Below, in pieces: positions 50,471 through 63,900 of a stretch of 64,000 nucleotides of DNA (its first letter is position 1; each line of letters opens with the position of its first letter). The stretch is from Raillietiella orientalis (lineage: Eukaryota), in NCBI GenBank assembly GCA_036172245.1, contig JAYWIR010000020.1:1178001-1242000 (forward strand), given 5' to 3'. The position numbers were made by a program, and so were the translations under genes. The notes under the pieces are model-generated. The model searched no databases, was not told where the DNA came from, and saw only the letters and a list, made by a program, of their open reading frames with translations.

Positions 50471-52539
50471 TTGCTTTTCATAGGGGACGCACCCTCGACT
50501 AGTAGGCAGTGAGAAAGCGAAGGTTTGATGAAAGGTGCAAAAAAAAGTCAAAATGTTCCGTTTCGTTCAATGTGAGGTGAAAAAGATCCTGATGACGAAG
50601 AAATGAGCGACTGCACTGTAAAAGAGGGGAGGCAAAAGGGGCATAAGAGGAATCCATTCTGTTTCTCAAAACGCAGAGAAAAAACAGACCAAACGAGTGG
50701 CTCGGTGGAAGTACGTCCTTTCCGAGAAAGTGCAACGAGCCTGAAGACCGTGTACCTTAACTGAGACAGCTGCAGGGGGGGGGGGATTCTCGAACAGAAG
50801 GCATGGAGAGAGAAATTCAATGGACTGGAAGATGTGAATTGTCCTTGAAACGGAACTAAGTTTGTCTAAGGGAATGCTCGAAACAAGACGAATGGAACGT
50901 TGTCACATGATGCATTGCATCATACCCACAGGGGTGTGGCACGAAAGATCCTGGAACCAACGCAATGCATCGCATCGAGGGAATTTTGATCCTGGAATCT
51001 GCAGCTATCCTTTCTTGTTCGTCATCGGATGTCAACGAAATTCAATTGCAGGGATTGAAGGTGCAGCGCTGAACACGGGTGCGCAGGTCTGCTCGTCAAA
51101 CAGCATGCAAGAGACAGAGCAAAGGAGCACCTGAATGTCGTGAAAATTCCAGTAAAGGCTTTTCAGTCATCGTGTTCCATGACTCGGTCGAGATGAAGTT
51201 CATCAGGTCCTGTAGGTTTTCGCTGAGGAAGAAAGATTCTCAGGAATGCCATTTCTCCAAGTGCTATCTATCTTGAATTCTCTTCGGTTCTGGATGCTAC
51301 AAAGAAGATCTATTCTTTTGCACCTATTAAATGATTCACTGAAATCTGGGTTCTCGTTTTCCTCTTCCAGCTGTGAGAAAATTTCATGCAGCTTTTCCGA
51401 TTCCTGGGTTCTTCCTCGTTCCAAGAAATCTTTTCTCGTTCAAAGGCTCCCCACACGAGATCTTGCTCATCCACTTCGATTCCGAGATTTTCAAAGTATC
51501 TTCCAGTTTCCAGAGAAATTGGGTTTCGGTAAACCAAAATTATGGTGATGCTTTCCCTTGCCGCACCGCCCATGAACAGAGAATTGATGGACGTTAGAAA
51601 ACTGAGACGACCTTTCACATACAGTGCGTTGGGAAAAAAGGAAGTTCGTCTGAAGGAAAGACTGTCCCACAGAAAAGAACTCGAAAGATGAAATCATAAG
51701 TTACACGTAACCGCTGCCACCATTATGACCCGAGGGGAGCCTATCGAGTTCGAAAGCGTCAAAACGTGAAACATTAAACTGAAGAGTGACGCGGCAGCTT
51801 GGCGGAAATTCCGGTCTATTTTTTGGAATGGAAAAATGGATTCTTCTGTTTTTGTTTATTTGACGTTTATCTTGTTCTTTTGGTCATAACTTCTTCCTTT
51901 CTTCTTCGGAGGACGTCATTATTCGTTGTTCTATACAACGCAGAACCTTCTTCAGAGGATTTTTAAATCTCCCCGCAGAAATGCAGTTCGAACGAGCAAG
52001 CAATCGGAGATGAGCTGCATCTTGGTGTCATCAACAGCAAAGTGATGTGGCTTCACTCATAACATCTTCACTGCATTGGAACGTGACCACAGTTATCTCG
52101 ATAGTTCAGGATAACATCATCCCGATTCAGAGATTTCGTAGTTTCTATCATTATAAAATCAACGAAGTATAGCAAATGTCATTTAAAAAGTACGCATAAT
52201 GATCTTTACGTATGTGTTTAGGCCTGACTGTTCCACGGGGCTTCTGCGTTAACCTCAAGCGATGCAGAGGAAAAGTGAAAAGTTCACTCCTTTTGGGTTA
52301 TCCTACGTTGCAAGGCCGTTTAGTTGACCTCTTGAAACGTAGTTTGGTTTGTTCATCCAGAATGCATGTCTAAATCGAGGAAGCCGCAACAGAACAGGAG
52401 AACTTACGAATATGAGATGGAGATGAAGTTGAGATAAAGTGAATGTTGTTATCTTCCTGGCAATGAACCTACAAACCCACTCCTGGAACTTTTATGCCCA
52501 CGTTCCGATTTGGAATTATTGGTGCAAGTGGACAGAAGC

Positions 52540-52760
52540 TAGAAAGCACATTCTTTGGAGATTTGCTCTGATCCGGATCATGTGCTTGCAGACCTTGGTT
52601 ACGCCTTCCGTTGCCAGACATGCATTAAACAAGTCCCGTCGCCGACTCGTTTCATTAGATTTATTCCTCGATTCCGATTAATGTTTCATGTAAGCAAGCA
52701 GGTGCAGGATGTCGGCATCACTTTGGTCGTACTCGGTGCATTCCATAGGGATAAAAACTC
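52540..52760 (-). mobile_element. Short decayed non-LTR RT remnant (domains 0-1)
   Basis: Minus strand AP..D.. followed by DLFNACLATEGVTKVCKH (LFN.CL..G..P..WK pattern, ~52580-52635). Confidence 0.45.
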
Positions 52761-53955
52761 CCTTCCTAGAAAATTTTTTTTGCTATTTGAGTGGTCCACA
52801 TTTGTGGTCCGAGATCAATTTCCGCGGATTTCGCTGCAGTTAATGTGCATGAAATCTTGTGATGATTATGCCACGTTCATTTCCCACTTCCGCTTATCTA
52901 AAAGGGGGGTTAGAAATTCGAATTCAGTAGAAAGGAAAACTAAAAAGCCCTGCACAAATGCGCGCATGCGAGGTCATGGCATGCAGCTATGAATATCTGA
53001 AATCAAGTCCTCCTGACCAAGATGGATGAAACGCAGCTCTTGCTTGCCAATGGAGAAATATTCGACCGACAGATGGAAAATCCTGAATAATGATGAGAAA
53101 AATGTTTCTGAAGGCTTAAACCCATTGAATGGGAGCAGCACCTTGTTCACGATGAATCAACATTCCCGGTGGAAATCAGCTAATCAGAAAGGATCACCCA
53201 TGAAAATATCGGCACTCATATTAGTAGGTTTGAATTTTCCAAGAGAAAATTCATCTGTGTCATTGATGGGGTAAACTTGGTTCAGTCATATTCACGAACA
53301 ATGCATGTTTATGCATGTGTACGTGTTTTCACACATGCACACATATGGGTATGCATAAGCATGCAGTTGTATGTGCATTATTGTACACATACATATATGT
53401 GTTCTCAGATACATACACACATTTGCAAAATATATGCCGTAATGTTCTACAATAAATGCATGAATTATTTTCGAGTTCCTGAAAAATAAGTATCATGTAT
53501 CAGCCTTTGAATGCATCTGATTTTGCGTGTACCTTCCAATTATTTAAATTCTGATGGCTTGTAAAATGGGCTTTGCGTTCAGGCAGTGGAATTCCTGTTC
53601 CTTAGATTTACCAGGAAAATATCCAAGTGCATGCAAGATTTGCAACAGATGGCAACAACCATTTTGTACAGCCACGCCCACGCACCGATGAGAACTGCAT
53701 TGGTAAATGCTCAATTTATGAGAACTCTTGAGCAGATAGCTAATTTCGAAAATCGACCTTTGAAATTTTTCGATAGATGACTTCTCATAGATTGTGGTGT
53801 TTATGAAGACCGTCATCCTTTCCAAAATTCTTTCCAATGGATGATCTTGGATTAACGGAGCGCCCCAACAAACAATAAATCATGCAAGAACAAGTAAATT
53901 ACGTGCTCAAAATTTTGCAGAAAGCACTTGTTAGTATCGGAAGCTCACAGTTGGT

Positions 53956-53982
53956 GAAGAAGAAGAAGAAGAAGAAGAAGAA
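53956..53982. repeat. (GAA)9 microsatellite
   Basis: Direct reading of the sequence. Confidence 0.9.
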
Positions 53983-55100
53983 AAGACGTGTTCAATCCAC
54001 AGGCACATCTGAGTAACAGGCTACAGGCAAGTAATTTGATTCTGCAATCCATAGAGATGGAGTAAACGCCGAGTTTCGTGGATGCCTTCAGTTATTCCAG
54101 ATTGCCTGAATTTCTCCAGAAGGGAGGGGCTCTCCATTAAATACCCTAATAGGTTTAATACCCGTTTTATCGAACGAGAACACTGTGCTAGCGATGACAA
54201 TTCATGGTCATCGATCTCGAAGAGTCCTCGGACGACAGACACTAGCTGCCCAAGTTGGCTTGCAGAAAAGGTCACATCTAATGTTCGCTGCGTGGGAAAC
54301 GTTGCACCGAAGCATCGAAGCCAAATCCTCCACTCAAATAATGATTCCGAGATTCCCAAACCACTGCCACCATCTTTGTTATACATCCATACTGGATTTT
54401 GATGGGAGTGGCTTTCTGTATTGCTCGTATCGAAGTTCGATCAATAATTATGTGTTGGAACTTTGTCAAGTACTAGTTTTTCATGACGAACTGATTCTGT
54501 ACTCGGTAATATGAGTCAATTAAACATTATTATTATTAACAAAGTTGAAACTCAGTGCTGTATCACAGAAAACCTTGCGTCCAATAGCTCTTTACTCTTG
54601 GAGAATTCATTACCACTTTTTATGGAAGCCATTCTCGAAAGTTTTGTCATAACCCTGAAGAAGAGATAAACACATATCAGGGAACATACATTTCGGAGTT
54701 AAACACAGATTCGGCTATTAGTGGACCAACGATTTTTGTTTTGGGAAGAAGTGTGAATCACGTTTTCCTTCAGAAGAGAAATGCTGCTATTGATCTAGTG
54801 CAGCCATCGAAAGCTTCTTTTTGTTTTGTTCTGAGTATTTTGTATCGTGGTCGGATAATTCTTGGGGACTTCTAGAGATCGAAAAATCCTAATGCGTGCA
54901 GGTATCTGTAAAGTACACAGAGCTACGTATTTAAATGTTCAATTCTCAAAGTACATTTCCACCTGTTTCGATGGAGCAGTTGAGTACTCTTCGCAAGTTT
55001 GTTCAGCTTATGTATGCTCAAATACCATTCTCAGACACCGATTTGAGAGCTACGAAGACGCTCACATTGCAATGCACTCCCGCCCAGCGGTCAGCTGAAG

Positions 55101-55557
55101 CGTCACAACCGCCTTCATGAATTCGTCTAGGAAATCTTCGTACTCCTTCCCTTGTATACGCTTGTGCCGATCTATAGGGGTTGGACAGGAGGTGCTCTGA
55201 GTTGGTGCCAACGTCCAGCATTATCGAAAGACAGTACTGAGGCTTTGTTCTAGCAATCTCAGTGTACAGGGCCAACTTTCCCACAGGAATGCCCATTCCG
55301 CATGCCCCGAGGTCACCTAGACCAAGGATTCGTTCGCCATCGGTGACCACGATAGCTCTCACATCCGACTCTGGACGGTTCTTCATGATATCCAGAACGT
55401 GACCACGGTCATGGACGGTGATAAACAGGCCTCTGGGTGCGCGATAAATGAGTCCAAACTTCTGGCAGGCAAGCCCAGCCGTAGGGGTATACACAAGAGG
55501 CATGATTTCTTCCACATTCTCGGATAACAGGAGGTAGAACAATCTTTCGTTGCGGTC
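55101..55557 (-). pseudogene. Malic enzyme (NAD(P)-dependent malate dehydrogenase, decarboxylating) internal fragment, frameshifted
   Basis: Translates [35 protein letters not shown]...[32 protein letters not shown]...LDVGTN. A frameshift/deletion lies near 55165-55178, after which another frame gives [21 protein letters not shown]. No N- or C-terminal parts were seen nearby. Confidence 0.93.
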
Positions 55558-58469
55558 CTTCGTCTCGGAGCAAGCCTTTGGTTCTCACTACTAGCAGATA
55601 AAAATCATCAGCCTAAAAAATCATAAAATGTGCGACTGAGTGCTGGCTTTGGAGCATACAAGACTAGAAAAAGAAAAACGCATGGACCGTTTTGCTAAGT
55701 TTCGAACGAGCATTCTAAGAAGTGTGAGCATCTTCAGAGTCTCGCATTAGTGTTGGTGTGTTGCTGTCATCAATACAGCACCAAGCTGTACACTCGTGCA
55801 TGCATTTACGGAAAAACCGCAAGCAATCTCAAGAATATTCGAAGGCCTCCAACGCCAAACACACTGTTCAACAAAATGACACCAGTCTAACGGTAAAAAG
55901 AATCAGTGAATTAGGAAAATTCCATGCAATTCTTAAAAAGAGAGAAAGGGATGGATGCTCTATAATGTCTTAGTTCTGTCTGTTTTTCAGAAGAATGAGA
56001 TCAGGCTTTCAGATTGTGGCACTGCGAAAGTACTTTTACTTTGCTTAGCGGAAAGCTTCAGTAATTAGCTTTAGCGAAACGACTCATCAATGGAGAGTAT
56101 TTGAGCAATTGCAGCTTTCTATGACCATTTTTTCGACAAAAACTGGTCGGTGAATTCATATGGAAAGCATCTTTTAAACGGCCAATGTAGGAGGTTGGTC
56201 TGGGTTCCTTGGATATCAGTCACAACTGCCTAACAGAGAACCAGTACCCAGTTGCTTTGACAGCTTCCCCCATTTAAATTAACAGCGCCATTATGAGATC
56301 TATTCTGAACTCAGAAGCACTCGTTTTCATCACAAATCGTTAGAAAGTACTCAAAACATTAATCACTATCGGCATCATTGCTGATCATATCATCATGTAT
56401 CACGAAGTGTATCGATTTATGCATCATGATATGTTTACCACGTTGCAGAATCCAGAAAACAGTAGTGTCTCAGACTGGCATACTGTCTTTTAGAAACATT
56501 AGATGCTCACTTCAACATTCAAAATGTAGCGCATCAAGCGATTCCCATTAACGAAGTGGCAAACGTTTCCAGGGATTTTCTTTTTTCTGAATATTCTGGG
56601 TAGTAAAGTGAGCATCGAGCCACCAACCAGGGGTATCTGTCAGGTTTCCTTGGTTTGTGGTAACTCCTGAATAGTGGTCATCCCTCTGATTTGCTCTTCT
56701 CCTCATGTGCTTCCCAACTTGTAATTTCTTTCCAGCGACCAGTTCGACTGACTTGATGCCAAGCGGATTCTCACACGATGCATGCGATCATACATCCGTC
56801 ATCCGTCATCATCTCTTAGTTATTACTGCAGCCCACCATGAAGCTTTGTCTGTTTGTCACATTTTTCATCAACACTCCAGTTTTGCATAGATTCTGAGAG
56901 AAAGCATTGATCGAAAGACGGCCATCTTCCACCATGAGGAAGGCACATACAAGACCAAAGAAACACCTTTCATAAGTTTTAGGAAGTTCACATCAGCTGC
57001 CAATTCGAAGGGGAAGAACTCCATGGCCTTTTTCTGCGACATCTTTCCTATTCTTTTAAAAATGCTCAATACTTTGTGCACTGTGAGCACTTTTCATTGA
57101 AACAGCAACGAGCGTGCATCGTATCTTTGCAAGTGAGGTTCACAATGCAGGAGTCTCTTTGTGAAATAAGCTCAAGGGGAAATTCACGTATTCAAAGATT
57201 ACGTGGATTTTCCTTTATTCAAAGATTGCAGATTACAAGAAGGCAGCTTTCAAGATGAATCTATAAATGCCTCCAGAGGCCTTTGTTCAGTTCCTGCTTC
57301 TATTTCCGTTTCGTCTTTAGAATCCTTGTTCTGTGCGCACAGCATGAAATATGTGTTTTGCGGAAATCTCAGTTTGTCCTTATCTTTGCATCTCGCGAAA
57401 CTCTCTTCACAATTCTGGTCAGCATGTACATTTTCAGCGACAGACGTCATTCCAGTTCCTTCGAATCTCCTCCAGTTTTGAATGGCAGCGTTCCCTCGAA
57501 AAACGTTTGTTGCTCCATCGGTTGCGACTCACCTTCAAATCTGCACTCTTAGTTGCAGATCCCAGATGGGAGGTGTTATCTTGGATCTCACTGCTTCTTC
57601 CACTTCCACAGCTTACCCAATCCATTAGGTAGCAAAGAATCACATGAAATCCTGCTTTTGTCTGTAGCTCTCTTGTGTGTGCGTCTTTCGCAAATGCATT
57701 GTGATTTCACACGAAATCGAAAGGGCCAGCGCGATCAGAATCATTCTCATCGGAAAAATAGATGTTTCACGAAGTTCGCATAAGTTCTCTCGTGTGAGTT
57801 TGGCAAATTTCATTCTTCCAATCCCTGACGTATACTTTCTTTGTCTAGGCATCGAGTTTTCCGTTACTTTTCAGATAAGGCAACTCGGACTACCCGTGGG
57901 TCCCTTCTCTAACTTAGGAATAATCATTGAAGTGGACCACAGCCTCCAGCATTGCTTTTCTTCTAATTTCTGTGTCGAAACCATGCAGTCCAAGAATTAC
58001 TTTATCCTTGGCGATGAGACACATACGAAATGCCATATGAAGGTCCTTGTACTCTGTCCACAGTTGTATCTAAAAAACAAACCATCGGGAAGTCTTTCAT
58101 CCTTGCAAGGGTGAACAGAGTCGGTAGTATGCGAGAAGTATTGGTGCCTCTTTGCACTCATCAGATCACGTGGAGTTTTTGGAATACGCATCTGAGCGCC
58201 CATACACGCAGCCTTCCTTGGTCACGGATTCCCTACTCCTTCTTCACATGTCCTAGCATGGTCTTTTTTTCAGGCAATCTTCCTTTAAAGGAGCTTTTCC
58301 CTTCTCTCCGTGATGCTCGTGATGAAGAAGTCTGAGATCTCTGGCATCCATCGGGTTCTACTCCGGGACCACTCCTTCGCCGCAGAAGAGTCCACTCAGG
58401 GTCTCCGTTGGTGACACATTCTGTGGGTCTGTTACCTGTCGGGGAGCTTTCCAGTCGTAGGTCAGCATC

Positions 58470-60950
58470 TGGCAAATCAGAATGTGGTGCCGGATTCCCC
58501 GAGCTCCACGTGCTTTGCAGTCTTCATCTTGACTCCTCCCTGTGAGGTGTCTGAGAAGGGAACCCCACGAAAGACCTCCGTGGTAGAACAGCAGGTGGTG
58601 GTCTCTCTTGCCCGATGGTAAGTCGGTCCTCCCGATCGCTTCGCAGTTTACATGCGTTATGAGGAAACGGTGGGCTGCCGCAGTGGGGACCTCTTCTGCC
58701 GTGCCCGGTGTGCTGATGCATTCCTTCCGAGACCTGCAGCCATTTTCCTCTCTCATCTTCCCAGATTTCCCTGGTCCTGTGTGTCAATCAACCTCTCATC
58801 TGGTCTATGAACTTGGACAGGAGCATTTCGTGAGGATTTCCTTATGTTGCGAATTGTTCGCAGTGCTGAATCTGTAATTTTGATCTCCGATGAATCCACT
58901 GCGTCGTGTCCCACGGGAGTGCGACGGAGCAGGGAATCACGAGTCGATTCCTCATCCCAGAGTCCTTTGTTTCCAGGCCCCATTTTGTGCGGGTGGATGT
59001 TCACCAGTTCTCTTTTCCTCGACCTCGTGGAGCCAGCCGTCTCTCACTGGATATTTTCTCTCCCCAGAGCTTTCATCATGCCACGGTATTTACACAGCAG
59101 CTTGCCACAAGCCTTATGAGCTGCCTGAGGTCACTTATCCTAGCTCTTCGCAGTTCCCAGAATTTGCAAAACATTCTTGTCCTGGAATGCCCACTCTATC
59201 AACTTCATCTTGACGCCACCTCTTGTGCCTCAGAGTCTATTAGTCGGACATCGATTGCATCCTCGTTTTGTTGTTCGGTTGTGGGAGAGCTGAAAGCTCG
59301 AAAGACAGTTCGATCACTCTTGCCCTTCCAGAGCATCCAGTTGGAAGACCACAGGAATCTGGAACTGGAATTGCACAAGTGGAAGCTTGAAAAATTCAGT
59401 TACAAAACCTTTTTGGTTTTTTGAGGTAAAAGAACATGCAAGTCAAAGCACGATGACATGGAGTATCAGAGATTTGAGTGATTTTTAAGAGCTTTCTTGC
59501 CAAAGGGCTGCACTTCGGATTCAAAAAACAACAAAACAGAAAAAAAAAACGCCTTCACTCAAAGCTTGATGACGTAGATACCTTGATAGAAAAGAAAGGA
59601 ATTCCTTAGGATCCCTCAGACACCCTACTGGTTTCCAGTAGTGAATTCGAGGTAATTGCGAGGGACTGCTGTGCTTTCATGAACTCCCACAGGAGTGTGA
59701 GCTTCACGAAGTGCAGATAGATCATGACCTATTCCAACTTCACAATTCTGAAGTTTGAGTAGAAGCCACTGAAACGCCTCCCTTTTCTTTTGCTCCTCAT
59801 GGTCAAGTGTCTTCTAGTGCACGCAGCCCGTTTGCTCCCTAGCTTTGTTTCCACGCCCACGTTGATGGCCATGTGGCTGCTGTCTCCGCGTGCGGTACCA
59901 AGCGTTGCGGGTTCGAATCCCACCCAGGAAGGCTCGACGCCGAAAAATGGGTGCTTCGTGGTTTCTGATCCCCTCCACAGGATAGCGCTAGTTGCCTTAC
60001 AGGCTTTGGGTGCGGCACTGGTGAAAGCCGGAAATCCCCAGATGTCCCCGTTAATCGCCCAGGATTAGAAATTGACCCTCCGATGGTCCTTACAGGGTCT
60101 TTGCAGTTGTTCCCCTTAGGGATCTCCCTCCGGTTGTGTAAATGGAGCCATTCTCTCCCTTCTAAATCTGACTCTCTACTGCATACCTTGAAGCTGGTTG
60201 ATACGCACCCCCTCCTTCCTCTTCTGGTTGCTTTTCCAAAGTGTCAGAAGCGGCTCTTCAGGGAGGGAGTGGCTCTTCAGAGAAATTTGGATGCGTCCCT
60301 TCGAGGTTCTCTTCAGAGGAGCAACAAGAAGAAGGTTTTTTCCTGGGAGAAATTCAGGAGCAGATTTTTTCCGGGTTCCCTTCGGAGAAGAAATGAGGAG
60401 TAGTCTCTTAGACCGCCAAGACGTAAGAGGACTTCGGGGTTCTCTCTCCCAAGAGTAAGAGGAAAGGACTTCCTCTGGAGCCTCCTTGGGTTCATAGAGC
60501 GGTTCTTCCCAGGGGTTACCCTCCCATAACTTGAAGAGTAACATGCACTCTCTGGAGGCGTGGACAGCGTTCAAAGAGGTTCGTAATTTCGGAGCTTTGT
60601 GCAGGTCTCTGCCACGTAGTGCAAGATCGCGAAGCAGCCTAAGTAGGGCTTTAGCCAGGATCTGCTCCCATGGCTCACAAGTCCCTAACTTGGCGAAGGT
60701 CTGATTGGACTGCGACCACATGTCTTCCCAGCAGTCCCTCAACCTGCCTCCACTCTCTAAGTAAGCACATTTCTCCAAGCACAAGGCCTGATGCGGATAT
60801 CTGTTTCATTTTTGAGCCCTCTGCGACTGGAGTTCGAAGAGACCTTCAGTCACAGAGGAAGAGATTTATTGGTTACTGCCCCAGCTTCCTAGTCCCTACA
60901 TTGGACGAAATCTTAAGGAGGTCCTTGGAAAGGTTTACTCCCCAGGTTGA
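58470..60950 (-). mobile_element. Decayed 5'-truncated non-LTR retrotransposon (post-RT, RNase H, CCHC), interrupted by insertions including a SINE
   Basis: Minus strand: LG-VNLSKDL (60918-60945), GCF...L.NYEPL (~60570-60640), frameshifted W.PG(N)KGL.G.EE.D RNase H motif (58942-58982), DRLTIG, and DEDCKARG....HHILIC zinc-knuckle remnant (58472-58528). Confidence 0.5.
59855..60102 (+). mobile_element. tRNA-derived SINE-like element
   Basis: Pol III A-box-like TGGCCATGTGG (59866-59876) and B-box GGTTCGAATCC (59910-59920) at tRNA-like spacing, with no complete cloverleaf. A ~170 bp body ends in a GACCCT/AGGGTC stem-loop (60074-60099). The 3' boundary is uncertain. Confidence 0.6.
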
Positions 60951-63900
60951 CTCTCAATTCATCACGTTTTGGCAGACTGTGTTGTAGGGGACAGATGAAA
61001 TAGGGGACAGAATTCGTGAAAAGGTTGAAGGGAAGGCTCTCCATTTCATAAAATCATTTTCAGAGAGACTGGTGGCCTGTGGCAGGTGACAGACAAATCA
61101 ACAAGGAGCTGTCGACTTTAACGCAATTGAGAAGGCGTTACGAGAACACAAACGAATATAACATCGAATGGATGAATGGAAAAAACATAGAGAGAAAACA
61201 AATAGAGCCAATCAACTGCTGGATGACCCAAACATAATTTAAAAATAACAACCCTCAAGAGCAAAGATACAGATGAAGAATTTTCTTCTTCTGCATTACA
61301 GGGCGTAACGTCCTGTGCCTACCACTATGAGATGAAGTTAAAGACGATTACAGTTATGATTTTCAGAAGAACGATTCAGTTTCTAATCCGATGATTCGAT
61401 CACTCCTCCATTCTAAATCTGATACTGCAGAAAATTTGGAACTAAATGCGACTGCCTTAATAAAGGCATCATGATGAATACACTGTGTGATAAGAACATC
61501 CGTCTGAAATCCCTGCTTTCTTCATTGATCGTTCATTATGAGCAGTTTTATTTCATGAGGGTGTTAATGGTAAGCTCCGTGTTCTGTTTGTCTTTCTGAG
61601 TTCATATGTAGGAACCCGTAGCATTCCTCAGTGCTTGGATCGTGCTGAGGGCCCCGAAATAGAGATGACCTTTCACATCCATCTGGCTCTTCTTTCTTTC
61701 CCTTCGTCGTCAATTATTTACTCCAGCTTTATTTTTCTTTCGACACCTTTCTCCATTCACTTGTTGCAGTGCTGCGTTAATTTTTTTTTTGTTCCTCCTC
61801 TGCTGGTTCTCTGCAGCCGCATTCCCGAATCGGACTCGAAAACCACTTTGCATGCCTGTTGGGAGAAGGCCACTAATATCGTCGTGTAGGCAAAGTGTGA
61901 TGAAAGGGAATCCCCAGAAATGATTCAGATTAGTATTTCAGCAGTCGTGACGAGGCTGATGAAAATCAACAAAAAAGCAAAAATTTCCTTCGCTCTTTTT
62001 TATAGTGAAAGCGTTTCGGGGTTGTTAAGGAATGAAGTCCTTATGCCATTTTGAAACCATCGGATTTCTGTTTCCATCTCTTCCAACTTCCCAAGTGTCT
62101 CAGAATTCAAGGGAGAGAGAAATATTTTCTCATGTGTATATATGTGTTTTGTGCTTTGATCTGAGATACTGATTTGGGCAAAGTTCATTCGTTCGTTGCG
62201 GCTCCGCCTCAGCTCTTGCAAAATGCTTGAAGACCAGTTTCAAGGAAATTGCACGGAATGCAAAATTTCCTTTCGGACCTTCACACGGGGGGAAAAATTT
62301 CTTGCTGAGGTAAATTCGGTGATTTCCATGCGATGCCTCCTTCTTACGAGAGCATTTTATTTTGATGTCACTTAATAGCTTTACCAGTCATCTGAGTATG
62401 TTCTTTCTTCAAAACACATATGGGGATGCGTGAATGTTACTGTCCTGGATGCGATGATTTGGATCCCCTTCTTTCATCTTGATTCGAACGTTCTGTCAGT
62501 GGATCTGGATGAATGATCTAATTGCCGATTGCAAATTTAGCGGAAATTCTCGGTAGATGAAAGGAGAGTTTTTCGTTAGCAGGTTAGACGTTAGCTACAT
62601 TTTCGTTTCAACTTAAGGAAGTGCTTCGGAATCGGATTCCATTCTCTTTATGGGGCTCAAGATTCTCTGAACAAACACAGTATTTCAAGTCCTCTTTTTA
62701 CTCAAGCTCAGAATCCCTATTTGACATTGGTATTCTGTTTCCTAAGATTAGTGATTGTACAACTATCTTCTAGAACTATTACACATCACTTTGCCTTTTT
62801 TGGATTCTGATTGGACTTCTGATCAGAGTGAGCACTGCTGGATTCATCAGATATCGATATGATACCAAAATGTTTTAAGTTCCAAGAGCCAGATTTATAT
62901 CCTAAGTGTTTGAACTTTTCGAGTCATATGCGACATGCTCATCTTAATTGATATGCATGGGTGAATCTGTGGGTGAATAGCAGTCATGACACATCTTCAT
63001 AATGTTTACGTGTAAGAGTTTTTATTCCCTCAAGATGTACCGTAGCAAAAAAAGACAGAGTGAAAAAGTCCATCAATCTCAACTTGAAGGTCAACCATCT
63101 TAGTGAGTCTCAAGGAAAAAATGTTTAAATAACTTTCATCAATTGCTCTGAAGGAGACATTCTGCTTTTCAGTCAGAAAACACATTCAGAAAAACAAAAC
63201 TATATGCTTATACTGCAGTAGTTTGCAGGCAGAAAAGTTTATTTTTATTTTTACCAAGGAAGACTTTGAGAAAATTCTTCCTTGATAATTCTCAGATGAT
63301 TAATTATTCCATCCCGCTGCAACTTTTACAACTTCGTCCTGGAAGCTGTTCAGTGAGAGCTTTCCCTTCTGCAAACTTCAAATATTTGATGCTCACATAG
63401 TTTTGAAGTAATTTTCGAAAATTGCCAGCATCACACATGAAAGTTCGCTTATTGTGCGTGAGTCTTCCTGCTGCCACCTCCAGATGAACTCCATTGGGCA
63501 TCTCATCACTTCATCAAATTCTTTGCTTCTACTGTTATCTGCTGTGGTGTTCTCGCAGGTGTTTTTCATTGGAACCAAATGCAAAATTACAGAATAATTT
63601 ATGTTAGTCACAAAAACCCAAGCGTTGATCGATGCATCAGAAAGCTACTGAAGTTTGTCATCAAAGAGACGAGGTCATGAGCTGGGATCATTCATGTTAA
63701 AGCATTTTCATTCACAATCTCCTACATGCAGTTGCTTTGGTCACAGAAGGCTCAGAGGAAAATTCCTGCTCTGATTTGTTCTTATGGATTTGAGAAGAGT
63801 GCTGAATTGCGCTTCCGTTTGTGATGTCGCTCTTGGGAAGGGCAGCCATCGGATTCGTAAAGTGTTTCTGAAAGACGTGTGGCTCTTTCATTGGGACCAG

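Noticed and set aside
53606..53702. Plus-strand exon-like segment (ttccttag|...|gtaaat)
   Set aside because: Splice-like ends, but no recognisable protein in any frame and no partner exons found.
54021..54469. Protein-like minus ORFs, considered as a Harbinger-type transposase or exon
   Set aside because: The IID.T resemblance is not followed by the other DDE motifs; unassignable by eye.
57780..58200. Possible Penelope-like RT remnant (YF...Q..GLPVGPFS)
   Set aside because: Only one loose motif; catalytic motif not convincing.
59855..59930. Possible intact tRNA gene
   Set aside because: A and B boxes are present, but there is no convincing acceptor or anticodon stem and no T-run terminator; treated as a SINE head.
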